64,000 nt of DNA from Ignavibacteriota bacterium. Its GTDB lineage: Bacteria; Bacteroidota; Ignavibacteria; UBA10030; CAVZMI01. This document shows positions 1 to 9,014 of the stretch, in pieces. Below the pieces are notes generated by a model, which worked only from the letters and a program-made list of their open reading frames with translations, was not told the DNA's origin and made no database searches. The stretch is taken from contig CAVZMI010000023.1 in the NCBI GenBank assembly GCA_963776275.1, forward strand, positions 384,001-448,000. Direction: 5' to 3'. How positions within the stretch are numbered: the first letter of the stretch is position 1; every line of letters begins with the position of its first letter. The position numbers were made by a program, and so were the translations under genes.

Positions 1-272
1 CCGAAATGCCGGCCAAGTAATTTTGGAGAATTGACTCCTGAAAAGAGAGCTGTCTGACCTGTGCCGCTTTGCGGAAGTCCTGGAATTCCCAGTGTCGCAT
101 TGATCGGAATAACTACCGCATGATCAGCCCGAAGGCGTGCGGAACGCCGATGCGGAATACCGCCACCGAATAACGATCGCAGATGGGGAAGTCTGGCCGA
201 GAAGAATGGATTGGAGGCTGAATCCTTTTTCCCTATTCCCACACCGTCAAGAAAAAGCATTGTTACGGACAA
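1..272 (-). CDS. Alkaline-phosphatase-superfamily metalloenzyme (phosphopentomutase/iPGM-like), N-terminal part, runs off window edge
   Basis: Manual translation (not in ORF track): MSVTMLFLDGVGIGKKDSASNPFF...NATLGIPGLPQSGTGQTALFSGVNSPKLLGRHFG; DGxG metal motif and PQSxTGQT motif; TTG start at 272 or ATG at 260. Confidence 0.75.
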   Translation of the reverse strand, partial: MSVTMLFLDGVGIGKKDSASNPFFSARLPHLRSLFGGGIPHRRSARLRADHAVVIPINATLGIPGLPQSGTGQTALFSGVNSPKLLGRHF

Positions 273-275
273 TGA

Positions 276-1085
276 TCACTTCTCCTGGTGTTTCGGTTCA
301 TCCCCTTTCCGCGGGACTGATTTCCCGACCTGAGTATCGATATATACACGCCAGGCCTTTTCTATATCCCTATATTTTTCTCCGAATGTTTTTTCAAATC
401 CCTCTTCCAAAGTTTTGTCGCTCGGTATAGCCATAAAGAGAGATATGAATTTCTGCTCACCATAGCGGTTAATTAGAAAATCTAGTGTCTTCAAGAGAAG
501 ATAATTATAATCTCCTATCTCTTTGGGATTATTGGATTGTTGCCCTTCTTCGGTAAAATCATCAAATGAACGCATATAGGCTACCGGAGGCGGCGTAAGG
601 GGCAACTCAATATTCGCATACCGGAGCGCGTAGCCGTACGTCAGCCACCGTGGAGTTCCGTGTACTGAACCACGATCTAGAATTGAATATGCAATAGCAA
701 AGCGAAGAATTGGGAGCATTCGTTCACGGGCAATTCCGGCATCATTCCAGGAAACTATATAGAGTGTATCGTGTGAATAGAATGCCGGGGATTCAATCCT
801 TCCGGAAATTCTTCGCATTAATCCGACGAATGAAGCACCCAGCACCGTTGGAATTTCTTTGGGAAGGCGGAGCATCACTTTGGCATTAAAATCTCCAAAA
901 ATTAACTCGATGTCATCCGCAACCGCGCGGATATTCTCGATCGAAATTCCCCGTTCGTACATGATTCGGAAATGCGGAGTAGAAAATGTATCGGCTGGAA
1001 CCACCTGTGAAAGCTCCTGCCCCCATGCACAGAATGGTAACGCCAATACAACACAGAAAATCTTGAATAAGTGCTTCCGTTTCAT
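276..1085 (-). CDS. Exported peptidase MA (gluzincin)-like protein with degenerate active site
   Basis: Signal peptide from MKRKHLF (GGAG SD upstream); TPHFRIMY, PRWLTYGYA, FLINRYGEQKF, FEKTFG..IEKAW resemble the Peptidase_MA pattern; no HExxH. Confidence 0.55.
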   Translation of the reverse strand: MKRKHLFKIFCVVLALPFCAWGQELSQVVPADTFSTPHFRIMYERGISIENIRAVADDIELIFGDFNAKVMLRLPKEIPTVLGASFVGLMRRISGRIESPAFYSHDTLYIVSWNDAGIARERMLPILRFAIAYSILDRGSVHGTPRWLTYGYALRYANIELPLTPPPVAYMRSFDDFTEEGQQSNNPKEIGDYNYLLLKTLDFLINRYGEQKFISLFMAIPSDKTLEEGFEKTFGEKYRDIEKAWRVYIDTQVGKSVPRKGDEPKHQEK

Positions 1086-1101
1086 AAAGACTCCTTCGCA
1101 A

Positions 1102-1557
1102 TTATGGATGCGGTTTACTCTCAATCATAATCGTTACGGGACCATCATTGACAAGTTCAACTTTCATCATCGCCCGGAAAACGCCTGTCGCGACCCGGTC
1201 TGTTCCGAGAATCGTTCTCAGAGATTGTACATAGTGCTCGTACAATGCCTCTGCAAGCGCGGGTTCGGCGGCGTCAGTATAACTCGGACGATTTCCTTTT
1301 CTCGTATCGGCATACAGAGTGAACTGCGATACCACAAGAGCACTTCCCCGGGTATCGAGTGCAGAGAGATTCATTTTCCCGTTTTCATCTTCAAAAATAC
1401 GCAATGCAGCCGTCCTCGATGCCAGGTACTCGGCGTCTGCCGCCATATCCCCCTGCCGCACACCGAGAAACACGAGAACACCTTTACCAATTGAGCCCGT
1501 GAGAGAGTCCTCGACAACGACGCTGCAACGTTGGACGCGTTGAATCAGAACTCTCAT
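1102..1557 (-). CDS. dtd: D-aminoacyl-tRNA deacylase
   Basis: [25 protein letters not shown] motifs. Confidence 0.97.
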   Translation of the reverse strand: MRVLIQRVQRCSVVVEDSLTGSIGKGVLVFLGVRQGDMAADAEYLASRTAALRIFEDENGKMNLSALDTRGSALVVSQFTLYADTRKGNRPSYTDAAEPALAEALYEHYVQSLRTILGTDRVATGVFRAMMKVELVNDGPVTIMIESKPHP

Positions 1558-2450
1558 ACGTTTTGACCAACCCCCCGTCCACAGACCACCCTGTCGTTTC
1601 CGGAATAATCTTTTATTATTGATACATCCTGGAAAATCGAAGAGAACAGGGAAGTAACTTCTTCCCCTTGATTATATGCAATTTCGATAAAACATGTTCC
1701 TTGAGCCTTCAGAAGTTTCGGCATCAGCGATGTTATTCTCTTGAAAAACACGAGACCGTCTTTCTCATCTGTTGCCGCACGGCGAGGTTCGTAACGGGTA
1801 ATCTCGGGCTGCAGATACTTGTACTCTTCAAGTGCTATATATGGCGGATTCGAGACGACGATATCGAAGGGAGTGTATTTTTCAGGGAACAATTGCAGAA
1901 TATCCTGCTCTACGAAGAGTATTTTTCCCGCTACCTGATGCTTCAGCGCATTCTGCTGTGCTACAGCGAGAGCATCGCCGCTGATATCACAGGCGACACA
2001 TTTAATGCGCGAATCATAATGAGCGAGACTTATCGGGATATTCCCGCTCCCGGTACCGATATCAAGAACGTTCAGCGACGATTCACAATCGACACACTGC
2101 TTACATTCTTCAAGAACAGCCTCAACAAGCCTCTCCGTCTCAGGACGTGGAATGAAAACGGACGGAGCAATCAGGAATTCCAATCCCATAAATTCGGTCT
2201 TTCCCAGAATATATTGGAGAGGCTCGTGATCAAGACGACGTTTGAGTAACTCTTTGAAGCGGGCTAGTTCCTGAGATGTCAGCGGCTTTTCGAAATTCGT
2301 ATAGAGATCAATTCGCCGGCACTGAAGCGTATGGGAAAGGAGAAGTTCGACCGTCAGACGCGGGCTATCGATTTCTCTGCCTCTGAGATAATCGACTCCC
2401 CAGGAAATTATCGACAGTGGAGTCCATGCACTGGTCGTCGTTGTCGTCAT
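1554..2450 (-). CDS. prmC: Release factor glutamine methyltransferase
   Basis: [28 protein letters not shown]; ATGA overlaps with both neighbours. Confidence 0.97.
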   Translation of the reverse strand: MTTTTTSAWTPLSIISWGVDYLRGREIDSPRLTVELLLSHTLQCRRIDLYTNFEKPLTSQELARFKELLKRRLDHEPLQYILGKTEFMGLEFLIAPSVFIPRPETERLVEAVLEECKQCVDCESSLNVLDIGTGSGNIPISLAHYDSRIKCVACDISGDALAVAQQNALKHQVAGKILFVEQDILQLFPEKYTPFDIVVSNPPYIALEEYKYLQPEITRYEPRRAATDEKDGLVFFKRITSLMPKLLKAQGTCFIEIAYNQGEEVTSLFSSIFQDVSIIKDYSGNDRVVCGRGVGQNV

Positions 2451-2959
2451 TTGTCGTTCTTTTTTTCCTTTTCAGGTGATGACTCTTCAGCCAGTAACAT
2501 ATGAAGATCGTTTTGGAGTTTTTTTGCCTGGACGAGAATCTGGAGTAATTGATCCTCCGTCTCACTATCTCCCTCAGGCCGCATATCCCAGGCACGCATC
2601 AATGCATCAATTGTCGAATCGATTTTCTTACTCATTATACCGGTAAGGAGGGCTGGGGTAATTTGAATCCGTCTTAATTTTACGCGCTCTCCTCCATAGA
2701 TCCCCAATATTTCCATCTGTGCCTGATCTTCAACGGATTTTTCTGAGGGCTCGATTCCGCTAGCGGCATCGAGCCATTCGCCCGAGACAAATTCAAAGCG
2801 ATCATCGTAGGTGATTGCTCTGGAAAATTCATCAAAGGGGAGTGGATCCCTGTCGGCGAGGGCATCGAGAGATAGCTTCCATAGTTTTTTGATCGGAACA
2901 ATCACATCAGGATCGTTCGCCAGTAACTTTTCCGCTGCGTCGAGAAATGGATTATTCAT
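2447..2959 (-). CDS. Hypothetical acidic protein, translationally coupled to prmC
   Basis: 170-aa ORF with protein-like composition, 4-nt overlap with prmC start. Confidence 0.65.
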   Translation of the reverse strand: MNNPFLDAAEKLLANDPDVIVPIKKLWKLSLDALADRDPLPFDEFSRAITYDDRFEFVSGEWLDAASGIEPSEKSVEDQAQMEILGIYGGERVKLRRIQITPALLTGIMSKKIDSTIDALMRAWDMRPEGDSETEDQLLQILVQAKKLQNDLHMLLAEESSPEKEKKNDK

Positions 2960-3025
2960 AGTGATCTCGATGATGGAACCACCGGAAGAAGGACAGACCT
3001 GTCGCGGAATCTTTGCTTACAATAC

Positions 3026-3436
3026 TCAGGATTTTCCTTTACGCAATTGTGCCGCGATCAAGGTTGCTACGTTATCAATATCGAAATGGGACTTCGGAAG
3101 TAGAACTGCCAGAAACCGGTCTGTCATTGTTTTCAGTCCGTCATACGTATCAGCACTGCAAAAAAAGATCGGCGTCTTCATGTTTACTCCCTCTTTCCGT
3201 GCAAGCTGGAGTAGTGCGATGCCGGGGAGATGGCCGGGGATATGTTCATCTTTAAATTCATTATCCAGAATAATCAAATCGAATTTTTCATTCGATATGA
3301 GATTTCGAGTCTTGACGCTGGTTTCCGCTTCAACAATCTGGACACGCTGGCCGATCTGTTTCCCCGTCTCTTCCAGTGCAAATGCAAGCGCCTTTCTCTG
3401 GCCTTCCTCGTCGTCCGCTAATAACACTTTGTACAT
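3026..3436 (-). CDS. Single-domain response regulator (receiver only)
   Basis: KVLLADDE, DLIILD (phospho-Asp), PIFFCS, LPK. Confidence 0.85.
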   Translation of the reverse strand: MYKVLLADDEEGQRKALAFALEETGKQIGQRVQIVEAETSVKTRNLISNEKFDLIILDNEFKDEHIPGHLPGIALLQLARKEGVNMKTPIFFCSADTYDGLKTMTDRFLAVLLPKSHFDIDNVATLIAAQLRKGKS

Positions 3437-3518
3437 TGGATATCGTTTCCGTGAAGTTAAAAAATGATACTATTATAAGATACAAAAAAAAAATATTGTC
3501 CGCAACGAGATGTTATTG

Positions 3519-4154
3519 CTACGGTATTTCGGCCGGTTGCCTGTACCGAAGAGACCGGATTTTCGTGATAATCATGTCAATTGCCACCTCATTTTCACCT
3601 CCCCGGGGCACAATAATATCGGCCCAGCGTTTACTTGGTTCTACGAACTCACAATGCATGGGCTTGACAGTCGATACATATTGATGAATAATGGAATCGA
3701 TCGACCTCCCCCGTTCTGTTAGATCTCTTTTCATGCGGCGGAGCAACCTCTCATCGGCATCCGTATCGACAAAAATCTTTACATCCATCAAATCACGAAG
3801 CTCCTGTTCAATAAATATCAGTATTCCCTCAACAATGATGATCCGTTTGGGATCTATTGTCCGGGTCTCCGATCGACGCCGGTGTGTTGAAAAATCGTAA
3901 AGAGGCTGTTCGATCGAGCGACCTTCACGCAGGTTTTTCAAATGCCTTATTACTAACGATGTTTCGAGCGCATCGGGATGATCATAGTTGATCTCTGCCG
4001 AACTCTTTCCCGGATAATGTGACAGATCATAATAATATGAATCGTGCGCGATCACAACGACATCTGAAGAATCGAGCCGTTCGACGACTTTCTCCGTCAC
4101 TGTTGTCTTCCCCGACCCGGTTCCTCCTGCTATACCGATTATTAACGAGCTCAT
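3519..4154 (-). CDS. udk: Uridine kinase
   Basis: IGIAGGTGSGKTT, HDSYY, NYDHPDA, EGILIF, FVEPSKRWADII. Confidence 0.96.
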   Translation of the reverse strand: MSSLIIGIAGGTGSGKTTVTEKVVERLDSSDVVVIAHDSYYYDLSHYPGKSSAEINYDHPDALETSLVIRHLKNLREGRSIEQPLYDFSTHRRRSETRTIDPKRIIIVEGILIFIEQELRDLMDVKIFVDTDADERLLRRMKRDLTERGRSIDSIIHQYVSTVKPMHCEFVEPSKRWADIIVPRGGENEVAIDMIITKIRSLRYRQPAEIP

Positions 4155-4264
4155 GTTTGAATATACATTGCTATTTCGGGAACTGCAAGGCAGTTCTCTT
4201 GATTCCTGCTTGATAAATCAGTATTTTTTATATAAGAAATGGTATTATCACATCCCGGATATCC

Positions 4265-5362
4265 ATGTTCCTGGCTCTTTTAAGTATATCTCTTCTTCTC
4301 TATCTCATCCAATCGACGCTGATCCTCTTGGGTGTCCGGCGTGTGCAACGTTCCGGGCACTATAGTTCTGAGCCGACGGTGACTGTTATCGTCGCTGCAC
4401 GAAATGAAGAAGAGCATATCGGCTCATGCCTTGATTCTCTGTTGAATATCAGCTATCCCCATGACAAACTCGAAATCATTATTGTCGACGACCGCTCGAC
4501 CGATACAACGGCCTCGATTATCGCATCCTATTCCCAGCACTATCCCTTTGTGAAGACTTTCACCGCGGAACAGAGTCAGAGTCATCTCAAAGGGAAAGCA
4601 AATGCAGTGGCGCAGGCGATCGATCGCTCATCAGGCGAGATAATTCTGCAGACCGATGCCGATTGTACCGTCAAGCCCGAGTGGGTGCGTGAAACGGTGA
4701 GCCGATATAGCCCGACAACCGGCATTGTCGGAGGTTTTACCCTTCTTCGGTCGGATGACTGGTTCGGCGCGATCCAGGCTCTCGACTGGATCTACCTCTT
4801 CACTCTCGCCGCTGCAGGAATCGGCTGGAAAAAACCGCTGACAGTCGTCGGAAATCATCTGACCTATCGCCGGAAAGCATACGACGATGTCGGAGGATAC
4901 CGATCGATCAAGTTCAGCGTCACAGAGGATTATGCACTTGTTCATGCCGTCGAAGACAAGACCCGATGGGATTTTAATTTTTCAACTTCGGAACGATCAC
5001 TGGTGACAAGCCTACCATGTTCCACGGCGAACGAGCTCTACCGCCAGCGAGTGCGATGGGGAGTGGGCGGATTGGAGATGAAATTCCGCGGACTCGCAGT
5101 CATGGCCGTCGGATTTATCCTGCATGCTCTTCTTCTGCTCGGAATTTTGCTGAGTCCTCGGATGGATCTTTTACTCGGAGCTTTTTTGGTTAAGACGCTT
5201 GCCGATATGTTTGTTCTGTATCGCCCGCTTCACACTTTCAAAGTCGATTCGCTGTTTCGATACATTATTCACTTTGAAATTTATTTTATAATTTATGTTA
5301 TCGTTTTGCCGTTCGCTGTTTTTTTTCATCACAATGTCAAATGGAAAGGACGAACATACTAA
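4265..5362 (+). CDS. Glycosyltransferase family 2 (membrane-bound)
   Basis: AARNEE, DDRSTD, TDAD, TED, QRVRW motifs; N- and C-terminal hydrophobic helices. Confidence 0.92.
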   Translation: MFLALLSISLLLYLIQSTLILLGVRRVQRSGHYSSEPTVTVIVAARNEEEHIGSCLDSLLNISYPHDKLEIIIVDDRSTDTTASIIASYSQHYPFVKTFTAEQSQSHLKGKANAVAQAIDRSSGEIILQTDADCTVKPEWVRETVSRYSPTTGIVGGFTLLRSDDWFGAIQALDWIYLFTLAAAGIGWKKPLTVVGNHLTYRRKAYDDVGGYRSIKFSVTEDYALVHAVEDKTRWDFNFSTSERSLVTSLPCSTANELYRQRVRWGVGGLEMKFRGLAVMAVGFILHALLLLGILLSPRMDLLLGAFLVKTLADMFVLYRPLHTFKVDSLFRYIIHFEIYFIIYVIVLPFAVFFHHNVKWKGRTY

Positions 5363-5801
5363 TACCCATCCAATTAAATGATTGAACAGTGTCTGCCCAA
5401 TATTTCTTCAACCATGGCTATTTTCCCTTACAGCAATTATTTTCTATAAGCTTTGATGGTACTGTGCCCCTTCGTTTGTATACGGTGAAACAGTACCGCT
5501 TCGCGGTATTTAATTAGTTGTAGGGGCACTAGTAAGTCCTCAACTCCGTGTCCTCCATACAGGATCGCTGTTTCAAAGTACTTCGTAAGCTTATGGTTAA
5601 ATATAACCGGTTAATACAATTACCTTATTTTCAATGTTGAAGAGTGTTTCTAAATAATTCATCGACTATCCCCGAATGGTAAATTCCTTAATTAATAATA
5701 AAAAATTATCACCTCACAGAGGTTTCATCTTTCTCAATACTCGTTACTGAATTATAAAACAACAGGCGGGGTATTAAAGTTCAGCGTCAATTAATTATAA
5801 T

Positions 5802-5896
5802 AAAAAAGCCGGCACCCCTCTTCGAGCCCAAGGCTCATCGGCTCGACAGATTTCGTCGAAGTCTGACGACCTTTGGCTGAGAAGAGTACCGGTTCT
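5802..5896 (-). terminator. Probable intrinsic terminator of nrdJ with nested hairpin insertion
   Basis: Minus strand AACCGGTACTCTTC...GAAGAGGGGTGCCGGC followed by TTTTTT; ~57-nt self-complementary loop. Confidence 0.55.
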
Positions 5897-5931
5897 ATTC
5901 TTCCTCTTATAGTCCGCAACAGCGACAGCCG

Positions 5932-8711
5932 TTACGAACACCCTGATGTTGCCCCGCAGTTCAGGCATTTGTAGCATGTACCGTTACGTACCATGATACT
6001 GCCGCATTCATGGCACGGCGGCGCATCGGACTGCGTCTGGAAAATCTGTTTCTCGGTCTTTTCTATCGTCGGCGTAGCGTCAAGAATCGACGGCGGTTTT
6101 TCCTGCACCCCATTGCCGAGCGGTGTCGTTTCCGGAACGATGATATGAGGCTGGTCTTCCGGCGGTAGAAACTTGCGCCCCAACCAGCGAAAGATATAGT
6201 CGCATATGGATTTCGCAATCGGGATCTCCTTATTATTGGTAAATCCCGACGGTTCAAACCGCATATGGCTGAACTTGTCGACCAGCACTTTCAAAGGGAC
6301 CCCATATTGAAGTGAGAGTGAGAGTGCCGTAGCGAGGGCATCCATCAACCCTGAAATCGTCGAGCCTTCTTTGGACATTGTTATGAAGACCTCGCCTGGC
6401 ACCCTGTCTTCATAGAGCCCGACGGTGATATATCCTTCGTGTCCGGCAATACTGAACTTGTGAGTGATTGATTCGCGTTCATCGGGTAGCCGCCGCCGCG
6501 CCGGCTTTTTTACCGTGACTTCAGCCGGTGGAGCGGCCTTTTTAGCGTCCGGATGCGAAGTGCTCAAAGGCTGGGTCCGCTTGCAGCCGTCGCGATAGAC
6601 TGCGATTGCTTTCAAGCCAAGTTTCCATGCCTCGATATAGGCCTGCATTATATCATCGACCGAGACATCATTAGGCATATTGACGGTCTTTGAAATCGCA
6701 CCCGAAATATACGGCTGCGCCGCTGCCATCATTTTGATATGGCCCATATAGTGGATCGTTCGGCTTCCCTTCGCCGGTCTGAATGCACAATCGAAAACGG
6801 GAAGATGTTCTTCCCTCAGATACGGAGCCCCCTCAATCGTATCATTCTTGTTGATATAGCCGATAATATGTTCGATTTGTTCTTCGTTGTAGCCAAGCCT
6901 TCGTAAGGCACGCGGAACCGTATTGTTGACGATCTTCATCAATCCGCCGCCGACGAGTTTTTTATATTTTATTAATGCGATATCGGGTTCGATGCCGGTC
7001 GTATCGCAATCCATCATAAACCCGATGGTACCTGTCGGGGCAAGGACCGTCGTCTGAGCGTTTCGGAAACTGTATTTCTCTCCCAGGGCATACGCTTCGT
7101 TCCAGACATTCTGCGCTGCCGTTAATAGATCGGCGGGCACTGTCTCTTTACTTGCAATCATATCGACATGAAGGCCATGTTTTTTTATAACATTCAGCAT
7201 TGGTTCACGATTAACTGCAAAACCTTCGAACGGACCTTCCTCCCTGGAAATCAGCGCTGATTGGCGATATGTTTCGCCGCACATGAGAGCCGTAACGGCT
7301 GCCGCATAGGCTCGCCCTTCGTCGCTATCGTATGGGAGTCCGCGCGACATTAGCAATGCTCCAAGGTTTGCATAGCCAAGGCCGAGTGCTCTGAACTCGT
7401 GGCTGTTTTTTGAAATTGCCGGAGTCGGATAGCTGGCATTATCGACTAGAATTTCCTGTGCCGTGACAGTAATATCTACTGCATGGCGAAACGCTTCGAT
7501 ATCGTACTCGCCATCGGCTTTCTGGAATTTCATTAAATTCAATGAAGCAAGGTTGCACGCAGAATCATCGAGAAACATATATTCGCTGCAAGGGTTCGAC
7601 GCATTGATGGGAGCCGTCGCCGACGATGTATGCCAGTTATTGATTGTAGTATGGAATTGCATTCCGGGATCTCCGCATACCCAGGCTGCTTCTGCAATTT
7701 GTTTCATGATATCGCGCGCACGGTATGTGTCCATTATTCGGCCATCGAGAATCGCTTTGGTCGACCACGGTTTGTCTTCAAGAGCAGCTTTCATAAACTC
7801 ATCGGTAACGCGAACCGAATGATTTGCATTTTGATATCCTATCGAATCGTATGCGCCGCCGGGAACATTGAATCCACCGTCATATCCATGATCGATGAGA
7901 ACCCACGCTTTTTTTTCTTCATCAGCTTTACATTTAATGAAGTCGATAATATCAGGATGATCGATATTCAGGATTACCATCTTCGCGGCGCGGCGCGTCT
8001 TTCCACCGGACTTAATCACTCCGGCAAATGCGTCGTACCCGCGCATAAACGATACAGGCCCGAAGCCGTGCCGCCGCCCGAAAGATTTTCACGCGATGAT
8101 CGGAGCGTCGAGAGATTTGATCCTGTCCCCGATCCGAATTTAAAAAGGCGGCCTTCTGTTTTCACCAGATCCAGGATCGACTCCATCGTGTCCTTCACCG
8201 AATTAATGAAACAAGCCGAACACTGCGGATGTTCTTCGATGCCGACATTAAACCAGACCGGACTGTTGAACGCCATATACTGATTGACGAGAAGATATGT
8301 AAGCTCGTAATAAAAAATTTCTGCATCCTTATGCGTTGCAAAATATCCGCCGTTCACTCCCCACCCTGTAATGGTCTTGGCGACGCGTTCGACGAGCTGT
8401 TTCACGCTTCGTTCACGTTCGGGTGTGTTGGTTTTTCCATGAAAATATTTTGAGACAACAACGTTCGTCGCCGTCATTGACCATGTTGCGGGAATCTCAA
8501 CATCACACTGCTCGAATATTTTTTCTCCCTGCTCGCTGGTTATGACCGCAGTGCGGAGCTCCCATTGTATCTCTTCGAATGGATGAACTCCGGCTTTTGT
8601 GAAATACCGTCCGAGCGTGAGTCCTTTAGCACCCGGTTCATTCACGGCAGCATCAGATTGCGTGTACACCGACGGCTCCGTCTCAACGGCAGAAGGTTCC
8701 TTCAATACCAT
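5932..8711 (-). CDS. nrdJ: Adenosylcobalamin-dependent (class II) ribonucleotide reductase; single frameshift near 8058
   Basis: Two ORFs join at GGGTASG-PVSFMRG if one base is restored; FNSPVWFN, QCSACFI, NPCSE, APTGTI, AISKTVN, YRDG; TSCPD domain and terminal CxxC..CxxC. Confidence 0.95.
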
Positions 8712-8838
8712 GTCAAATCTCCTTGCGTCTATTACTAACTTGAAAATCTCTTTATGATTTTATTCTTGGTCGAAGATAGGGCACACATCAATATTATAGT
8801 CAGCCCAGGCGAGACATAATCGAAAAGTAACTCCTGTG

Positions 8839-8867
8839 AATATAATCACTTGCTGAAGTGAAGTCAA
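8839..8867 (-). promoter_or_regulatory. sigma70-type promoter for nrdJ with palindromic spacer
   Basis: TTGACT-N17-TATATT; spacer contains TCACTT-N4-AAGTGA. Confidence 0.6.
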
Positions 8868-9014
8868 GTAAAAAATGAAGAAAAATTCGTTTCAAGAACA
8901 ATTTTCTGGCACGCAATTCTAATTCTCATATTTACAGTACTTCGACTGAAAGATCTTCAGTTATACTCTCAATAACGGTTACAAGAACTTTCTATATATT
9001 GATATTTAGATTCT

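Noticed and set aside
5533-5800. AT-rich intergenic region as possible gene remnant or ncRNA
   Set aside because: No credible ORF or recognisable RNA motif found
8016-8711. Naturally split nrdJ or intein
   Set aside because: Restoring one base gives the conserved SGPVSFM; no intein motifs or extra length
8783-8800. Possible NrdR box (ACATCAATATTATAGT)
   Set aside because: Needs a 1-nt deletion to fit the consensus and no second tandem box is evident
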